64,000 nt of DNA from Salinivirgaceae bacterium (GCA_024405635.1 JAKSOL010000010.1:42182-106181), one strand, 5' to 3'. Positions 9,599-20,251 are shown, counted from the stretch's first letter. The notes: generated by a model not told the origin, from the letters alone. A program made the numbers and translations.

Positions 9599-10684
9599 TT
9601 ATTGTTCGTTGAGCACCATATAATCGTAATGCACAACAGGTTTTGATAGTTTTTTGGTAATCGACTTTTCCAAAATTTCGGAGCTGTAGGCTGTTTTTCC
9701 TATTCCAATTTGTTCGCCTTGTGGTCCGCAAATAGCAACAATGTCGCCTTTTTCAAAAAATCCACTTACTGCTGTTATTCCAACCGAAAGTAAGCTTGAT
9801 GCTTTTTCGCTTAACAAGGCTTGCATTGCGCCGCTATTTACAGTAACAACACCTTTAGCAAACGACTGCGAATGTGCTAACCATTTTTTTACACTTGTTG
9901 CTTTTTTGGTATGTGGCACAAAGTGCGTAAAGTCTTTAAGTTTACCATTTACAAGGTCTGAAATAACATTTGGACGTGTGCCATTGGCAATGTACACGTT
10001 TATGCCCTCGCTTGCAATTTTTGAAGCAATTGAGCATTTGGTAAGCATTCCACCGCGACCAAAGCCCGATTTAGTAGGCGCTATGTATTTTTCAACTGCT
10101 GCAAAATTGGTGTCAATTTTTCGTATCAGTTCCGAACCTTCTTTGTCTGGAGCTCCGGTGTAAACTCCATCGATGTTTGATAATATGATTAGCGAGTCGC
10201 AATTCATCATTGAGGCAATGAAACCCGATAGTTCGTCGTTATCGGTAAACATCAACTCGGTTACGCTAATGGTATCGTTTTCGTTTACTATTGGCACAAC
10301 ATGATTTTCAATCATGGATGTGATGCAGTTTTTCATTGTTAGATAGTGTCGGCGGTCGGCAAAGTTTTCTTTTGTGGTTAAAACTTGTGCGCAATGCAAA
10401 TCGTTTGCCTCAAAACGTTGAATGTATAGCGACATTAGTTTTACTTGTCCCACCGCTGACCAAACTTGCTTAGCCGACACAAGGTCAGTTTTTTTCGATA
10501 CCTCAACCTCGCCACGACCTGCTGCCACTGCTCCCGACGACACTACTATAACCTCGGTTCCTGCTTTTTGTAATGCCGATATTTGATTTACCAATTCGGT
10601 AATGCGTTCGGTGTTGAGCGAGCCGTCGTTTTTGGCTAATACGTTGCTGCCTATCTTTATTGTTATTCGTTTAAACTTTTGCAT
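9599..10684 (-). CDS. proB: Glutamate 5-kinase with PUA domain
   Basis: KIGSNVL, VSSGAVAAG, PIVNENDT, FTDNDEL and GRGGMLTK; C-terminal PUA-like region. Confidence 0.95.
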   Translation of the reverse strand: MQKFKRITIKIGSNVLAKNDGSLNTERITELVNQISALQKAGTEVIVVSSGAVAAGRGEVEVSKKTDLVSAKQVWSAVGQVKLMSLYIQRFEANDLHCAQVLTTKENFADRRHYLTMKNCITSMIENHVVPIVNENDTISVTELMFTDNDELSGFIASMMNCDSLIILSNIDGVYTGAPDKEGSELIRKIDTNFAAVEKYIAPTKSGFGRGGMLTKCSIASKIASEGINVYIANGTRPNVISDLVNGKLKDFTHFVPHTKKATSVKKWLAHSQSFAKGVVTVNSGAMQALLSEKASSLLSVGITAVSGFFEKGDIVAICGPQGEQIGIGKTAYSSEILEKSITKKLSKPVVHYDYMVLNEQ

Positions 10685-10703
10685 CTGCTTGTATTATTGT
10701 ATG

Positions 10704-13700
10704 TTATTTTTTCTTCTTTTTTCCTTTATCCTCTTGTGGCACAGCATCAACAGGAGCATCGGCTGGAGCTTCAATTTTCATCAAGCTATCGGTGCGTATG
10801 CTGTCTAATCTAATGCTATCGAGTTGCAGTTGATCGAGTTCGTCAAAAGCCGAAACGCTGTCGCTTGCCTGTAGCACGTTACCGTCTTCGTCAACAAACA
10901 CTTCGTCATCAATGTCGCCATCGCCTTCTGGGGCTTCAATATTAAGGTCGATGCGCTTCAAGAAATCGTCTTTCTTCTTTTTGTTCGATAAGAAGAATGA
11001 ATAAGCCATTTGTCCACGAATTGCAGGCAACCTACGTGCATTACCTTTTATTGATGTGATTACTGAATTGAATTTTTGGTCGCAGCTGTATGCCTGCATC
11101 AAACCTCTTTTGTATGAGAAGAAGTACCACAAATCGGGGTTAAGTTCCATGTAAATGTTGAGAGCATCGGCACTTCGTTTGCGGTCAATTTCAATAACAA
11201 ACTTAACGCGACGGTTAATTTGGTATCCACCAAGGTTAACCAATCCAATTTCGCCAACCGATTGCCACGAGCGTGTTTTCTTGTTCCAAACCATACGCAT
11301 TTCCGACAATACCATGGCTTTGTTCATTTCCTCTGGTATTTGGTTCAGTTTACCAAATATGTTTTGCTCGGTAAACATTTTCTGTGCACGTCCTGAACCC
11401 ATCAATTCGCGCACGCCTTTAGTATAAACCGAGCTGATAAGACTAATGTTCTTGCGGTTTTTATCGGCAAGAATTGTATCGGCAATAACCTTAAAGCACT
11501 CTTGTGGCAGATAGAAATCAAGTGTCATAAGAATGTCCATTGAGTATTGGTCAAAGGCAATGTCGTAGGTTGTTTTACCTTTTGCCACAGCCTTAACACG
11601 TCCAAGATTTGCGACAAGATCGATGCTACCGTCGGTTGTAATGGTGCAAGCTTTTTTGTTTAGTCGCATGTAGTTGCCCAAACTATCGTTGTAGGTTATG
11701 CGCTCGCGGCTACCTATTTCATAAAAATCGCCATAACGGTTGTAGTGTAGATAACCTTGTGTGTGGGTAATGTGGCGGTTGCTGTACCAACGACGAGGCG
11801 ACAAGAATGCTGGGTAAAGGTAAACCGAGTCCATACCCATCATGGCTCCCGAAGTTAGGAATGCGTTATTGATGCTCATTGGTTGGCTATCGATTGGCAC
11901 AAACACATCTTTTGGGTCAATTTCAGCATGAAAGTTTACCCAAGTTTTTGGAATGTCGCAGTTATGAACAATGGCTGTTGCTCCGGTGTAATCAAGCAAC
12001 GGATTTTGCGACTTCATATTAACTTTTCCTTGATACTTAAAGGCTGGCGAAAGTGTAAAGTCGTCGATACTTTTAATTCTACCCTCGCCTATGGTTTGTC
12101 CAGCAGTGTCAACCTTAATTGGATCAAACGCAATGTACTCTACTTCGCCATTGTTTTGAGTATATGTATAGTCGCCATTTCCGTAATATTTATGGCGAGT
12201 TTCAATATCAACATTTGCATTTACCAAATGGTGGTAGTTATGAAGTGTATCGGCATCAATTTTAGCTTTTTTCAATTTGCGAATTTTTGCCATTGGTTCA
12301 ATGGTCATTTCGCCTTGATCAGGATAAATGCGAGCATCGGCAATAGGCACATAGTTTACCTTGTGAGCCGACATAATGTTGTCGGTTAGGCTGAAGTCCA
12401 ACAGAGGCGAAACCCAATAGAGCGAATCTTGCCCTTTGTGTGTTGACACAAACAAGCTACCAGTGTTGCGGTCGATATTGGATGAGCTACGTGTGCGGTC
12501 AACTTCTTTTGAGCTGGCAAACTGCATCTGTTTTTTTCGCATCATCCAACTAAAATTCTCAACCCAAGCTAAATAAAGGTTTTCAGGAAAATCGACTCGT
12601 TCGGTTCCACTATTGCTTTTAAAGGTTGCTTTACCTGATGCAAAATCGACATGGGCTTTTAAATTTTTAGTACTAACGGCCAGATTTTCAGGCCTATACG
12701 ACTTAATTTGCAAACTTGCAGTATCGCAGCTATAATCGGTGTGGCGCATTTTGAACAAATTTGAGGTTATAGCTCCATCAAATTGTGTTGCAGTTCCTTT
12801 GGCTGTGATGCTGTTTGTGCCATAAAACACGTGACCTTTGAGTTCGCACTCGCCTTTAAACAGAGCAAGAGGAGCACCAAGGCTCTTAATGTCAAGCACA
12901 TCGTTATATGGTTCCCAATGAATGTAGGCTTGTGTAGCTGCCACGTTGGTATGAATGCCAGGTTTGTTATCAATTGTCATTGATGTTGTTATGGCATTGG
13001 CCGAGTCGGGGAAGAACAAAAAGTCGTCGGATTTAATATCGGCAAGTTGATATTTAACCTCACCATTTCCACGCAAACCTTTGTTACTCATGTAAATATC
13101 GTTGTAGTATGTGCCCTTGCCTTTGTAGGCGGAATAGCCTTGAGGCGCATGCTCAACAAAACCAAACGAGAAGTCGTCTTGCACCGACAATCGTTGTTTG
13201 AAAACTGGGAAGATGTCGGCAGAATGTAGTTCGCCATCGTAGCCCAATGCTTCGGTTGAGAAGTGGTTCAAACTGTCGATGGTGTAAGGATAAACTTGGA
13301 AATAGAAGTTGTCGCGAATGTATTTTCCGTCGGCAATATGCGGTGCGTCGTAGTAAACGTACGAGTCTTTTTCTGATGCAAAAATTGGGTATTGCAAGTA
13401 TCGCTTAACGCCCGATTTGTTACCGGGGTCGTCAATTTTCAGTTTTCCGGTAATGTTCTCAATGGAGTTTTGCACGTTGGCAAGCATACGCTCACCTTTA
13501 GCGTTAGTTCCCGTTTTAACTTTTACTTTAAGAGAGTCAACGTGACTAAGCTCAACCATAAAATCGTCGTAGTTGAAGTGGAAATCGGTACCATAGAAAG
13601 TGAACAAACCTGCCTCAATTCGACCACCGAAGTCAAAGTTCATGTCGCGTTTCACAAGGATTTGACCTTTGCTGGGATAAAAAATAACGTTTTGGCTATC

Positions 13701-15431
13701 GGACACGTTAACCATAGGAACACCACGAATGGCCAAGTCCATATTCAAAAGATTTAGTTCGGCATTGTTTATGCCTGAGCCTGTTTCCGATTCAAGTTTA
13801 ATCAAGTCGTAGTCGCGTTTTCCAACCACACAATCGAGATATCGGTACAATTTTGGAAGAACAACAACCCAATCGGTTTCGGTATTCAGTTCTACTATCT
13901 TATTATAAGCCAACTGAATAAGCAAACGTTTGGTGGTTGTCATGCCCATTTTTATATATTTAGCAAAGTCTTCAACATAAAACTCTTTGCTTCCAAAACG
14001 CTGAACAAACGACCTCAACATTAAATATGGGTGAGTTTCTTCCAATCCTTGAGCCTCGTAATAACGTTGAGCACTGAAATAGTTTTGCGACTCAAAGTTT
14101 GCGTAGTTGATGGTACTACCAATGGTATTACCCATAAAAATTTTGTCATCGTCCATTTGCCAAGTAAGCAACGAAAAGTCGAGCTCCATTTTGTGGTACG
14201 AGTCAACATACGGACTTCGCGACATGTTTTCGGGGCTATTATCGCGCAACAATTCAATGGTTCGAGTATCGTTGTTGTACTTAAACTCCAAACCTGGGTG
14301 AAAAATTGAATCGTCTTCAATGTATATTGATGTTTTGGCGTTGAGCGAACGGGCACGATCTGATTTAAAGCTAAAGTGCTTACCTTCAATGTACATCACC
14401 TTGCGCTTGCCAGTTACTGTTTCACCCTTTTCGTTTGCATAAAGGTACTCGCGATAGAATGTCAGTTTTGCAGGATTATCAGCGGTTCCAGCACCCGAAA
14501 CCTTTGAACCACTAGCTATAAAACCGCCTTGAAAATCAATATCGGTATATAGGTTTTTAATTTTCAGTTGTTGGTCGTCCGATTGAAATTTAGGATAGTT
14601 GCCTTTATATGAGTTTTCAACCACTTTATCGGTTATTGTACCAATAATGGCGTCTGAGAAATATGGCAAGTTGTAGTAGTACACGTTTTTCATGGTGTAC
14701 GACTGGTGGGCAAGGTTAATTGTGTATTGGTCAACCTCGGCCCAAGTTGAGTCGCGCGACAAACCTACGCGTTCCCAAAACACCATACCCGAGTTGCCAT
14801 ACCACATGTTTGATATTGGGTTAAAGTAGCCCGATGTGTTATAAATTGTCAAACTATCGTTGCGTACTTTGCAATGAAGGTCAAGGTTGTCGTAGTAGTA
14901 ACATGTTGTGTCGCCCAACGACATAATTTGGAAACTACTGTTGCTACCATACCAACGCATTCCGTATGACGAATAAATGGCGTTTTCTTTCAACATTCGC
15001 ACAATACTGCTATTGTACTTGTCCATATCGCTCAATTTTGACTTTTTATTGTTGAGCATGCGAATCAAGCCATCTTGCCACGAATCGTAACTATATTCTG
15101 ATATTTCGACAGTGTTTACAGCCTCAAGAGCAAGCAAATAGTTGTATATATTTGGATATGCGCGGCCTTTGCGAGTCAAGTATTGGTTGCAAATTTCGTA
15201 AACCTTTTGGCGTCGTTCGGGAGTAAAAATTTCGTCGTTGTACCAAATTGGGTTCAACATAGCCACAATTTCCTTGCCCTTTGGTGCGCTTACATCGTTT
15301 TGCGAGAACAAATCTTGAAGGTCTTTGATAAACGCTTTTGGTTCGGGAGTGAGCGTACGTACTGGTTTTTGTGCCAACGCAACCATTGGCAACAAAAGTA
15401 AGGTTATGATAAATAGTTTTAGTTTATTCAT
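10704..15431 (-). CDS. Large exported hypothetical protein (~1575 aa, beta-rich)
   Basis: Long uninterrupted ORF with signal peptide MNKLKLFIITLLLLPMVALAQ and an acidic low-complexity tail. ATG at 15431; the track starts at TTG 15437. Confidence 0.85.
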   Translation of the reverse strand: MNKLKLFIITLLLLPMVALAQKPVRTLTPEPKAFIKDLQDLFSQNDVSAPKGKEIVAMLNPIWYNDEIFTPERRQKVYEICNQYLTRKGRAYPNIYNYLLALEAVNTVEISEYSYDSWQDGLIRMLNNKKSKLSDMDKYNSSIVRMLKENAIYSSYGMRWYGSNSSFQIMSLGDTTCYYYDNLDLHCKVRNDSLTIYNTSGYFNPISNMWYGNSGMVFWERVGLSRDSTWAEVDQYTINLAHQSYTMKNVYYYNLPYFSDAIIGTITDKVVENSYKGNYPKFQSDDQQLKIKNLYTDIDFQGGFIASGSKVSGAGTADNPAKLTFYREYLYANEKGETVTGKRKVMYIEGKHFSFKSDRARSLNAKTSIYIEDDSIFHPGLEFKYNNDTRTIELLRDNSPENMSRSPYVDSYHKMELDFSLLTWQMDDDKIFMGNTIGSTINYANFESQNYFSAQRYYEAQGLEETHPYLMLRSFVQRFGSKEFYVEDFAKYIKMGMTTTKRLLIQLAYNKIVELNTETDWVVVLPKLYRYLDCVVGKRDYDLIKLESETGSGINNAELNLLNMDLAIRGVPMVNVSDSQNVIFYPSKGQILVKRDMNFDFGGRIEAGLFTFYGTDFHFNYDDFMVELSHVDSLKVKVKTGTNAKGERMLANVQNSIENITGKLKIDDPGNKSGVKRYLQYPIFASEKDSYVYYDAPHIADGKYIRDNFYFQVYPYTIDSLNHFSTEALGYDGELHSADIFPVFKQRLSVQDDFSFGFVEHAPQGYSAYKGKGTYYNDIYMSNKGLRGNGEVKYQLADIKSDDFLFFPDSANAITTSMTIDNKPGIHTNVAATQAYIHWEPYNDVLDIKSLGAPLALFKGECELKGHVFYGTNSITAKGTATQFDGAITSNLFKMRHTDYSCDTASLQIKSYRPENLAVSTKNLKAHVDFASGKATFKSNSGTERVDFPENLYLAWVENFSWMMRKKQMQFASSKEVDRTRSSSNIDRNTGSLFVSTHKGQDSLYWVSPLLDFSLTDNIMSAHKVNYVPIADARIYPDQGEMTIEPMAKIRKLKKAKIDADTLHNYHHLVNANVDIETRHKYYGNGDYTYTQNNGEVEYIAFDPIKVDTAGQTIGEGRIKSIDDFTLSPAFKYQGKVNMKSQNPLLDYTGATAIVHNCDIPKTWVNFHAEIDPKDVFVPIDSQPMSINNAFLTSGAMMGMDSVYLYPAFLSPRRWYSNRHITHTQGYLHYNRYGDFYEIGSRERITYNDSLGNYMRLNKKACTITTDGSIDLVANLGRVKAVAKGKTTYDIAFDQYSMDILMTLDFYLPQECFKVIADTILADKNRKNISLISSVYTKGVRELMGSGRAQKMFTEQNIFGKLNQIPEEMNKAMVLSEMRMVWNKKTRSWQSVGEIGLVNLGGYQINRRVKFVIEIDRKRSADALNIYMELNPDLWYFFSYKRGLMQAYSCDQKFNSVITSIKGNARRLPAIRGQMAYSFFLSNKKKKDDFLKRIDLNIEAPEGDGDIDDEVFVDEDGNVLQASDSVSAFDELDQLQLDSIRLDSIRTDSLMKIEAPADAPVDAVPQEDKGKKKKK

Positions 15432-15437
15432 TTTCAA

Positions 15438-16274
15438 CTATTTAGAACAAAACAGAGCACTTACCCACTCGTTTTGGTTTATTACTTTTTCGAGTTTCAA
15501 GCCTAGTTGTTCAGCTCGTTGGTTAAGTATCTCAACATCAGACTGATAAAAACCGCTCAAACAAACCAAAGCTCCTGCATTTAACTTTGATGCATAAACC
15601 GGCAACTGTTCAAGCAAAATATTGCGGTTAATGTTTGCCAAAATCACATCAAAACTGCCACTTATAGCCTCGCTACCACCAAGTTTTACTTCGATTTTTG
15701 AAGCACCATTTGTTGCAACATTTTCAATGGCATTTTTATACGACCATTCGTCAATGTCGATAGCTGTAACTTGTGCAGCGCCAAGTTTTTCGGCTGCAAT
15801 AGCAAGTACACCAGTTCCGCAACCCATGTCAAGCACTTTTTTGCCACACAAGTCCATACCCAACATTTGAGTAATCATTAAGCATGTGGTGGCATGATGT
15901 CCTGTACCAAACGACATTTTGGGGTCAATAACAATGTCGATGTCAAAGTTTGTATCGGGTTGGTGAAAAGGTGCACGAATTCGGCAACGATTTGCTATAC
16001 AAATTGGAGTAAAATCGGCCTCCCACTTAGCATTCCAATCAACGTCGGGCATTTGGTTTGCTGCTATTTCTAATTTATCAAGCATTGCCTTAACCGGTTC
16101 AACTGCCGACTCAATTTCTTCAATATTAAAAACAGCGGTGGGAATATAAGCTAACACGCCTGATTTTGTATCCATAAAACTATCGCATTGTGTTTCAGAC
16201 AACAACGCAGTTATTATCTCTTTATTTTCGGCCGATGCTGGCTCAATATCAATCTTTATTTCGGTGTATTGCAT
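15438..16274 (-). CDS. prmA: Ribosomal protein L11 methyltransferase
   Basis: IDPKMSFGTGHHATT, VLDMGCGTGVLAI and ILANIN. Confidence 0.95.
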   Translation of the reverse strand: MQYTEIKIDIEPASAENKEIITALLSETQCDSFMDTKSGVLAYIPTAVFNIEEIESAVEPVKAMLDKLEIAANQMPDVDWNAKWEADFTPICIANRCRIRAPFHQPDTNFDIDIVIDPKMSFGTGHHATTCLMITQMLGMDLCGKKVLDMGCGTGVLAIAAEKLGAAQVTAIDIDEWSYKNAIENVATNGASKIEVKLGGSEAISGSFDVILANINRNILLEQLPVYASKLNAGALVCLSGFYQSDVEILNQRAEQLGLKLEKVINQNEWVSALFCSK

Positions 16275-16403
16275 GTCAAAATGTTTGAAGCAAAATTAAG
16301 CACAAAGTTAACCTTATTGCAAAAGAGAAACCTACTGCAAATAGTTGGCGTTTACACAATTTGTCAACAAGAAATATACCTACATATCAGAATGTGGGTT
16401 TAC

Positions 16404-16440
16404 AAAAAAAAAAGCCCCACATTCATAACGAATGCAGGGC
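16404..16440 (-). terminator. Intrinsic terminator of the etf-acyl-CoA dehydrogenase operon
   Basis: Minus strand GCCCTGCATTC-GTTAT-GAATGTGGGGC followed by T10. Confidence 0.8.
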
Positions 16441-16466
16441 CATAATTGTATTAACCTAATTACAAT

Positions 16467-18176
16467 CTATGCTTTGTAAAGATTGATTTCGTCAAGATTT
16501 GAGTTTTTGATAAATGCTGCACGTTGAGCGTTTTGTGCACGTGTGAATTTAACAAATACCTCAACCGATTTGTCGAACAAGTTGCAGTTGTTTGCATCGC
16601 GCAACAACAAGTACGACATAATGGTGTAACCTGCCATTTCAACCATACGGCGAGCATGCAACTCAATGTACTCGGTCGATTCTTTTTCAACAACCTCTTT
16701 AACGGTTTCTTCGTACTCGTTGGTAATGTTGATAAGAATGTTGCGCAATGGTTGCAATTCTGCTTTTACGCTTGCTGTTTCAGCCTCAAGGTTACGAATC
16801 ATTTCCAAATAGAAACCTGTTGTTACATAGCGAGTTGCAGCAACTACTTGCAATTGAGTTGTACCTTCGTAGATGCTGGTGATACGAGCATCGCGATACA
16901 AGCGTTCGCAAGTGTAGTCTTTCATAAAGCCCGAACCGCCGTGAACTTGAATACAATCGTAAGCGTTTTGGTTAGCAAACTCGCTGCCCAAACCTTTTGA
17001 AAGTGGGGTTAAAGCGTCGGCCATTTTTGAGTATTTTTTACCCTCAGCGCGCTCCTCTGGAGTCAATTTGCGTTCTTTTGAAATATCGTCAAGAGATTTG
17101 TAAATATCAACGTAACGAGCTGTTTCGTAAATAATTGCACGAGCAGCATCAAGTTTTGCTTTCATAGTTACAAGCATCTCAGACACTGCCGAGAACTCAA
17201 TGATTGATTTACCAAATTGCTTGCGGTCGTTTGCATAAGCAAGAGCCTCGTTGTATGCTGCTTGTGAAATACCTGCCGATTGAACTGCGATGCCCAAACG
17301 TGCGCTATTCATCAAAGCCATAACGTATTTAATAAGACCAAGTTTACGCTCGCCACAAAGTTCTGCTTTAGCGTTTTTGTAAACGATTTCGCAAGTTGGA
17401 GAACCTTTAATACCAAGTTTATTCTCAATGCGACGAACATTTACACCACCGTTGCGTTTGTCGTAAATAAACATTGAAAGACCACGACCGTCGTGAGTTC
17501 CCTCTTCAGAACGAGCCAAAACCAAGTGAATGTCGGCATCACCATTGGTAATGAAACGTTTTACACCGTTAAGGTACCAGCAGTTGTCTTTTTCGCTGTA
17601 GGTTGCTTTTAGCATAACCGATTGCAAGTCAGAACCTGCATCTGGCTCGGTAAGGTCCATTGACATTGTTTCGCCGTTGCAAACGCGTGAGATAAAGCGT
17701 TGGCGTTGGTCTTCGTTACCAAACTCGTAAAGAGTCTCGGCGCAGTCTTGCAAGCCCCAAAGGTTTTCAAAACCAGCATCGGCGCTGCTCACCATGTCGG
17801 CAGCCATAATGTAAGGAACGGTAGGAAGGTTTAGTCCGCCAAAGCGACGAGGCATTGACATTCCCATCAAGCCAGCCTTGCGGGTAATATCAAGGTTTTC
17901 AACAGTTCCCGATGCATAACGCACGCGGTTGTTTTCGCAAACTGGACCTTCGTGGTCAACTCCTTCAGCGTTTGGAGCTATTGTTTCGGCGCAAATTTCG
18001 CCAACAATTTCCATAACACGATTGTAGTTGTCCATTGCATCTTCAAAGTCGGTTGGTGCATAGTCATATTCCTTTGCATCAGCAAAATTTCTCTCTTTCA
18101 GTTCCACAATGCGACGCATAAGTGGATTGTTCAAGTGAAATTTTAGTTCTGGGGTATCGTTATAATAATTTGCCAT
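16467..18176 (-). CDS. Acyl-CoA dehydrogenase (Bacteroides type, extended C-terminus)
   Basis: SMDLTEPDAGSDL, LNGVKRFITNG, QVHGGSGFMKDY and RITSIYEGTTQLQ. Confidence 0.92.
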   Translation of the reverse strand: MANYYNDTPELKFHLNNPLMRRIVELKERNFADAKEYDYAPTDFEDAMDNYNRVMEIVGEICAETIAPNAEGVDHEGPVCENNRVRYASGTVENLDITRKAGLMGMSMPRRFGGLNLPTVPYIMAADMVSSADAGFENLWGLQDCAETLYEFGNEDQRQRFISRVCNGETMSMDLTEPDAGSDLQSVMLKATYSEKDNCWYLNGVKRFITNGDADIHLVLARSEEGTHDGRGLSMFIYDKRNGGVNVRRIENKLGIKGSPTCEIVYKNAKAELCGERKLGLIKYVMALMNSARLGIAVQSAGISQAAYNEALAYANDRKQFGKSIIEFSAVSEMLVTMKAKLDAARAIIYETARYVDIYKSLDDISKERKLTPEERAEGKKYSKMADALTPLSKGLGSEFANQNAYDCIQVHGGSGFMKDYTCERLYRDARITSIYEGTTQLQVVAATRYVTTGFYLEMIRNLEAETASVKAELQPLRNILINITNEYEETVKEVVEKESTEYIELHARRMVEMAGYTIMSYLLLRDANNCNLFDKSVEVFVKFTRAQNAQRAAFIKNSNLDEINLYKA

Positions 18177-18199
18177 TGTAATATCTTTTTAAGTGATTG

Positions 18200-19219
18200 T
18201 TACTTAGAGTTTTGCTTGTAGTATTTAATCATTTTTGGCAACACATCTTCAACGTTGCCCACAATCACATAGTCGGCAATTTTGTTGATTGGAGCCTCAG
18301 GATCGTTGTTGATTGAAATAATCATGCTCGACTCTTGCATGCCTGCAATGTGCTGAATTTGGCCCGAGATGCCGCAAGCGATGTAAAGTTTAGGACGAAC
18401 TGTAACACCAGTTTGACCAATTTGGCGTTCGTGCTCAACAAAGCCAGCATCAACTGCGGCACGTGATGCACCAACTTCGGCGCTAATGGCGTTTGCCAAA
18501 TCGAACAATAGTTGGAAGTTTTCTTTTGAACCTACACCGTATCCACCTGCCACAATGATTGGCGAGTTTTTGATATTGATTTTTGATTTTTCGATGTGGC
18601 GCTCAATGATGCTCACAACAAAATCTTCGGCCTTAACATATTTGTTTACATCAAGATTAACGATTTCGCCTTTGTGGTTTGCGTCAAAAATTTCTTTACG
18701 CATAACTCCCTCGCGTACTGTTGCCATTTGTGGACGGCACTCAGGGTTTACGATTGTTGCAATGATGTTACCACCAAATGCTGGACGAATTTGATATAGA
18801 AGGTTTTGATATTCTTTTCCGCTTTTTGCATCGGTGTGAGGGCCAATTTCAAGGTTGGTACAATCGGCAGTCAAACCGCTATGTAAAGCCGACGAAACGC
18901 GTGGACCAAGGTCGCGGCCAACGGTTGTAGCTCCCATAAAGGCAATTTGTGGTTGTTGCTCTTGGAAAAGTTTGATAACGATTGATGAGTGTGGCAATGT
19001 TTGGTAGTGCTCAAGGCGAGCGTCGTCGGCCAAATAAACCACATCGGCTCCGTAAGGGAATACTTGCGATGGTGCGTTTTTAAGATCTTTACCAATAATT
19101 AAAGCCTCAAGCTTGCAGCCAAGTTGGTTTGCCAACGAACGGCCTTTTGTAAGCAATTCAAGGCTAACGTCGGCTACTTTGCCGTCTTCAAATTCGCAGT
19201 AAACTATAATGTTGTTCAT
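18200..19219 (-). CDS. etfA: Electron transfer flavoprotein alpha subunit
   Basis: QIRPAFGG, GASRAAVDAG, QIGQTG and GISGQIQH. Confidence 0.95.
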   Translation of the reverse strand: MNNIIVYCEFEDGKVADVSLELLTKGRSLANQLGCKLEALIIGKDLKNAPSQVFPYGADVVYLADDARLEHYQTLPHSSIVIKLFQEQQPQIAFMGATTVGRDLGPRVSSALHSGLTADCTNLEIGPHTDAKSGKEYQNLLYQIRPAFGGNIIATIVNPECRPQMATVREGVMRKEIFDANHKGEIVNLDVNKYVKAEDFVVSIIERHIEKSKINIKNSPIIVAGGYGVGSKENFQLLFDLANAISAEVGASRAAVDAGFVEHERQIGQTGVTVRPKLYIACGISGQIQHIAGMQESSMIISINNDPEAPINKIADYVIVGNVEDVLPKMIKYYKQNSK

Positions 19220-19247
19220 ATTTCTTACTATTTGATTTGTGAGTTAA

Positions 19248-20120
19248 TTAGCCAATTGTGTGATTGCTTATCAATTCTTGCATCAGGTCGTTAATTTCGT
19301 TGTCGGTATCGCCCAACACTTTCGACTCTTTGGCTTGGAATACAATGTTCATAACGTTTTTAACCTTGGTAGGCGAACCCGACATACCAAGTTGCTCGGC
19401 CTCGCAAGTAATATTTGCAACGCCCCACTCTTTAATATCAAGATAAGGACGACCTTCAGCAACTTCAGCCAATTTTGGGTTAGCTGTGCGCTCGCTTGGT
19501 GTTGCAGCGTTTTTGAACTTCATAACGCGTTTTGCGTTACGAGGGCGGCAAGGTGCAGCCGAACCGTTTACGGTTATTAGCAATGGCATTGCGCCTGCAA
19601 CAACTTCGGTTCCGTGCTCCAAACGACGTTTTACTGTTATTGTTCTTTCGTCAATCTTAACCACCTCTTCAGCGTAGGTAATTTGAGGAATGCCTAGTTT
19701 TTCAGCCACTTGAGGACCAACTTGAGCGGTATCACCGTCAATAGCTTGACGACCACCAATAATAAGATCGAACTCGCCAATGCTGCGAATTGCACACGAC
19801 AAAGCGTATGATGTTGCCAAGGTGTCGGCACCTGCAAATGCACGATCGGTAAGCAAAACACCACCATCGGCACCACGGAACATTCCTTCGCGCAAAATTT
19901 CAGAAGCACGACCAGGACCCATGGTCAACATTGTGATTTCGGTTCCTGGAACTTGCTCTTTGATGCGTAATGCTTGCTCAAGAGCGTTCAAATCTTCGGG
20001 GTTGAAAATAGCTGGCAGAGCCGCACGGTTCACGGTTCCAGCCTCGGTCATAGCGTCTTTGCCAACGTTGCGAGTATCTGGTACTTGCTTGGCAAGAACG
20101 ATTATTTTTAATCCTTTCAT
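19248..20120 (-). CDS. etfB: Electron transfer flavoprotein beta subunit
   Basis: KQVPDT, FAGADTLATS and GRQAIDGDTAQVGP. Start corrected to ATG 20120 (MKGLKIIVLAK). Confidence 0.95.
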   Translation of the reverse strand: MKGLKIIVLAKQVPDTRNVGKDAMTEAGTVNRAALPAIFNPEDLNALEQALRIKEQVPGTEITMLTMGPGRASEILREGMFRGADGGVLLTDRAFAGADTLATSYALSCAIRSIGEFDLIIGGRQAIDGDTAQVGPQVAEKLGIPQITYAEEVVKIDERTITVKRRLEHGTEVVAGAMPLLITVNGSAAPCRPRNAKRVMKFKNAATPSERTANPKLAEVAEGRPYLDIKEWGVANITCEAEQLGMSGSPTKVKNVMNIVFQAKESKVLGDTDNEINDLMQELISNHTIG

Positions 20121-20193
20121 ATAGTATATTTTGAGGTAAAATTGTGTTTTCGACTTTGAGTTAAACAAAGATTGTGCCAATGTTATTCCTATC

Positions 20194-20231
20194 AAAAAAA
20201 AATCCTAACAACCATTGTGGATGTTAGGATT
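20194..20231 (-). terminator. Intrinsic terminator after the aminotransferase
   Basis: AATCCTAACA...TGTTAGGATT stem with a T-run on the minus strand. Confidence 0.8.
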
Positions 20232-20251
20232 CGTGTTCAATGTTTTGCTTT

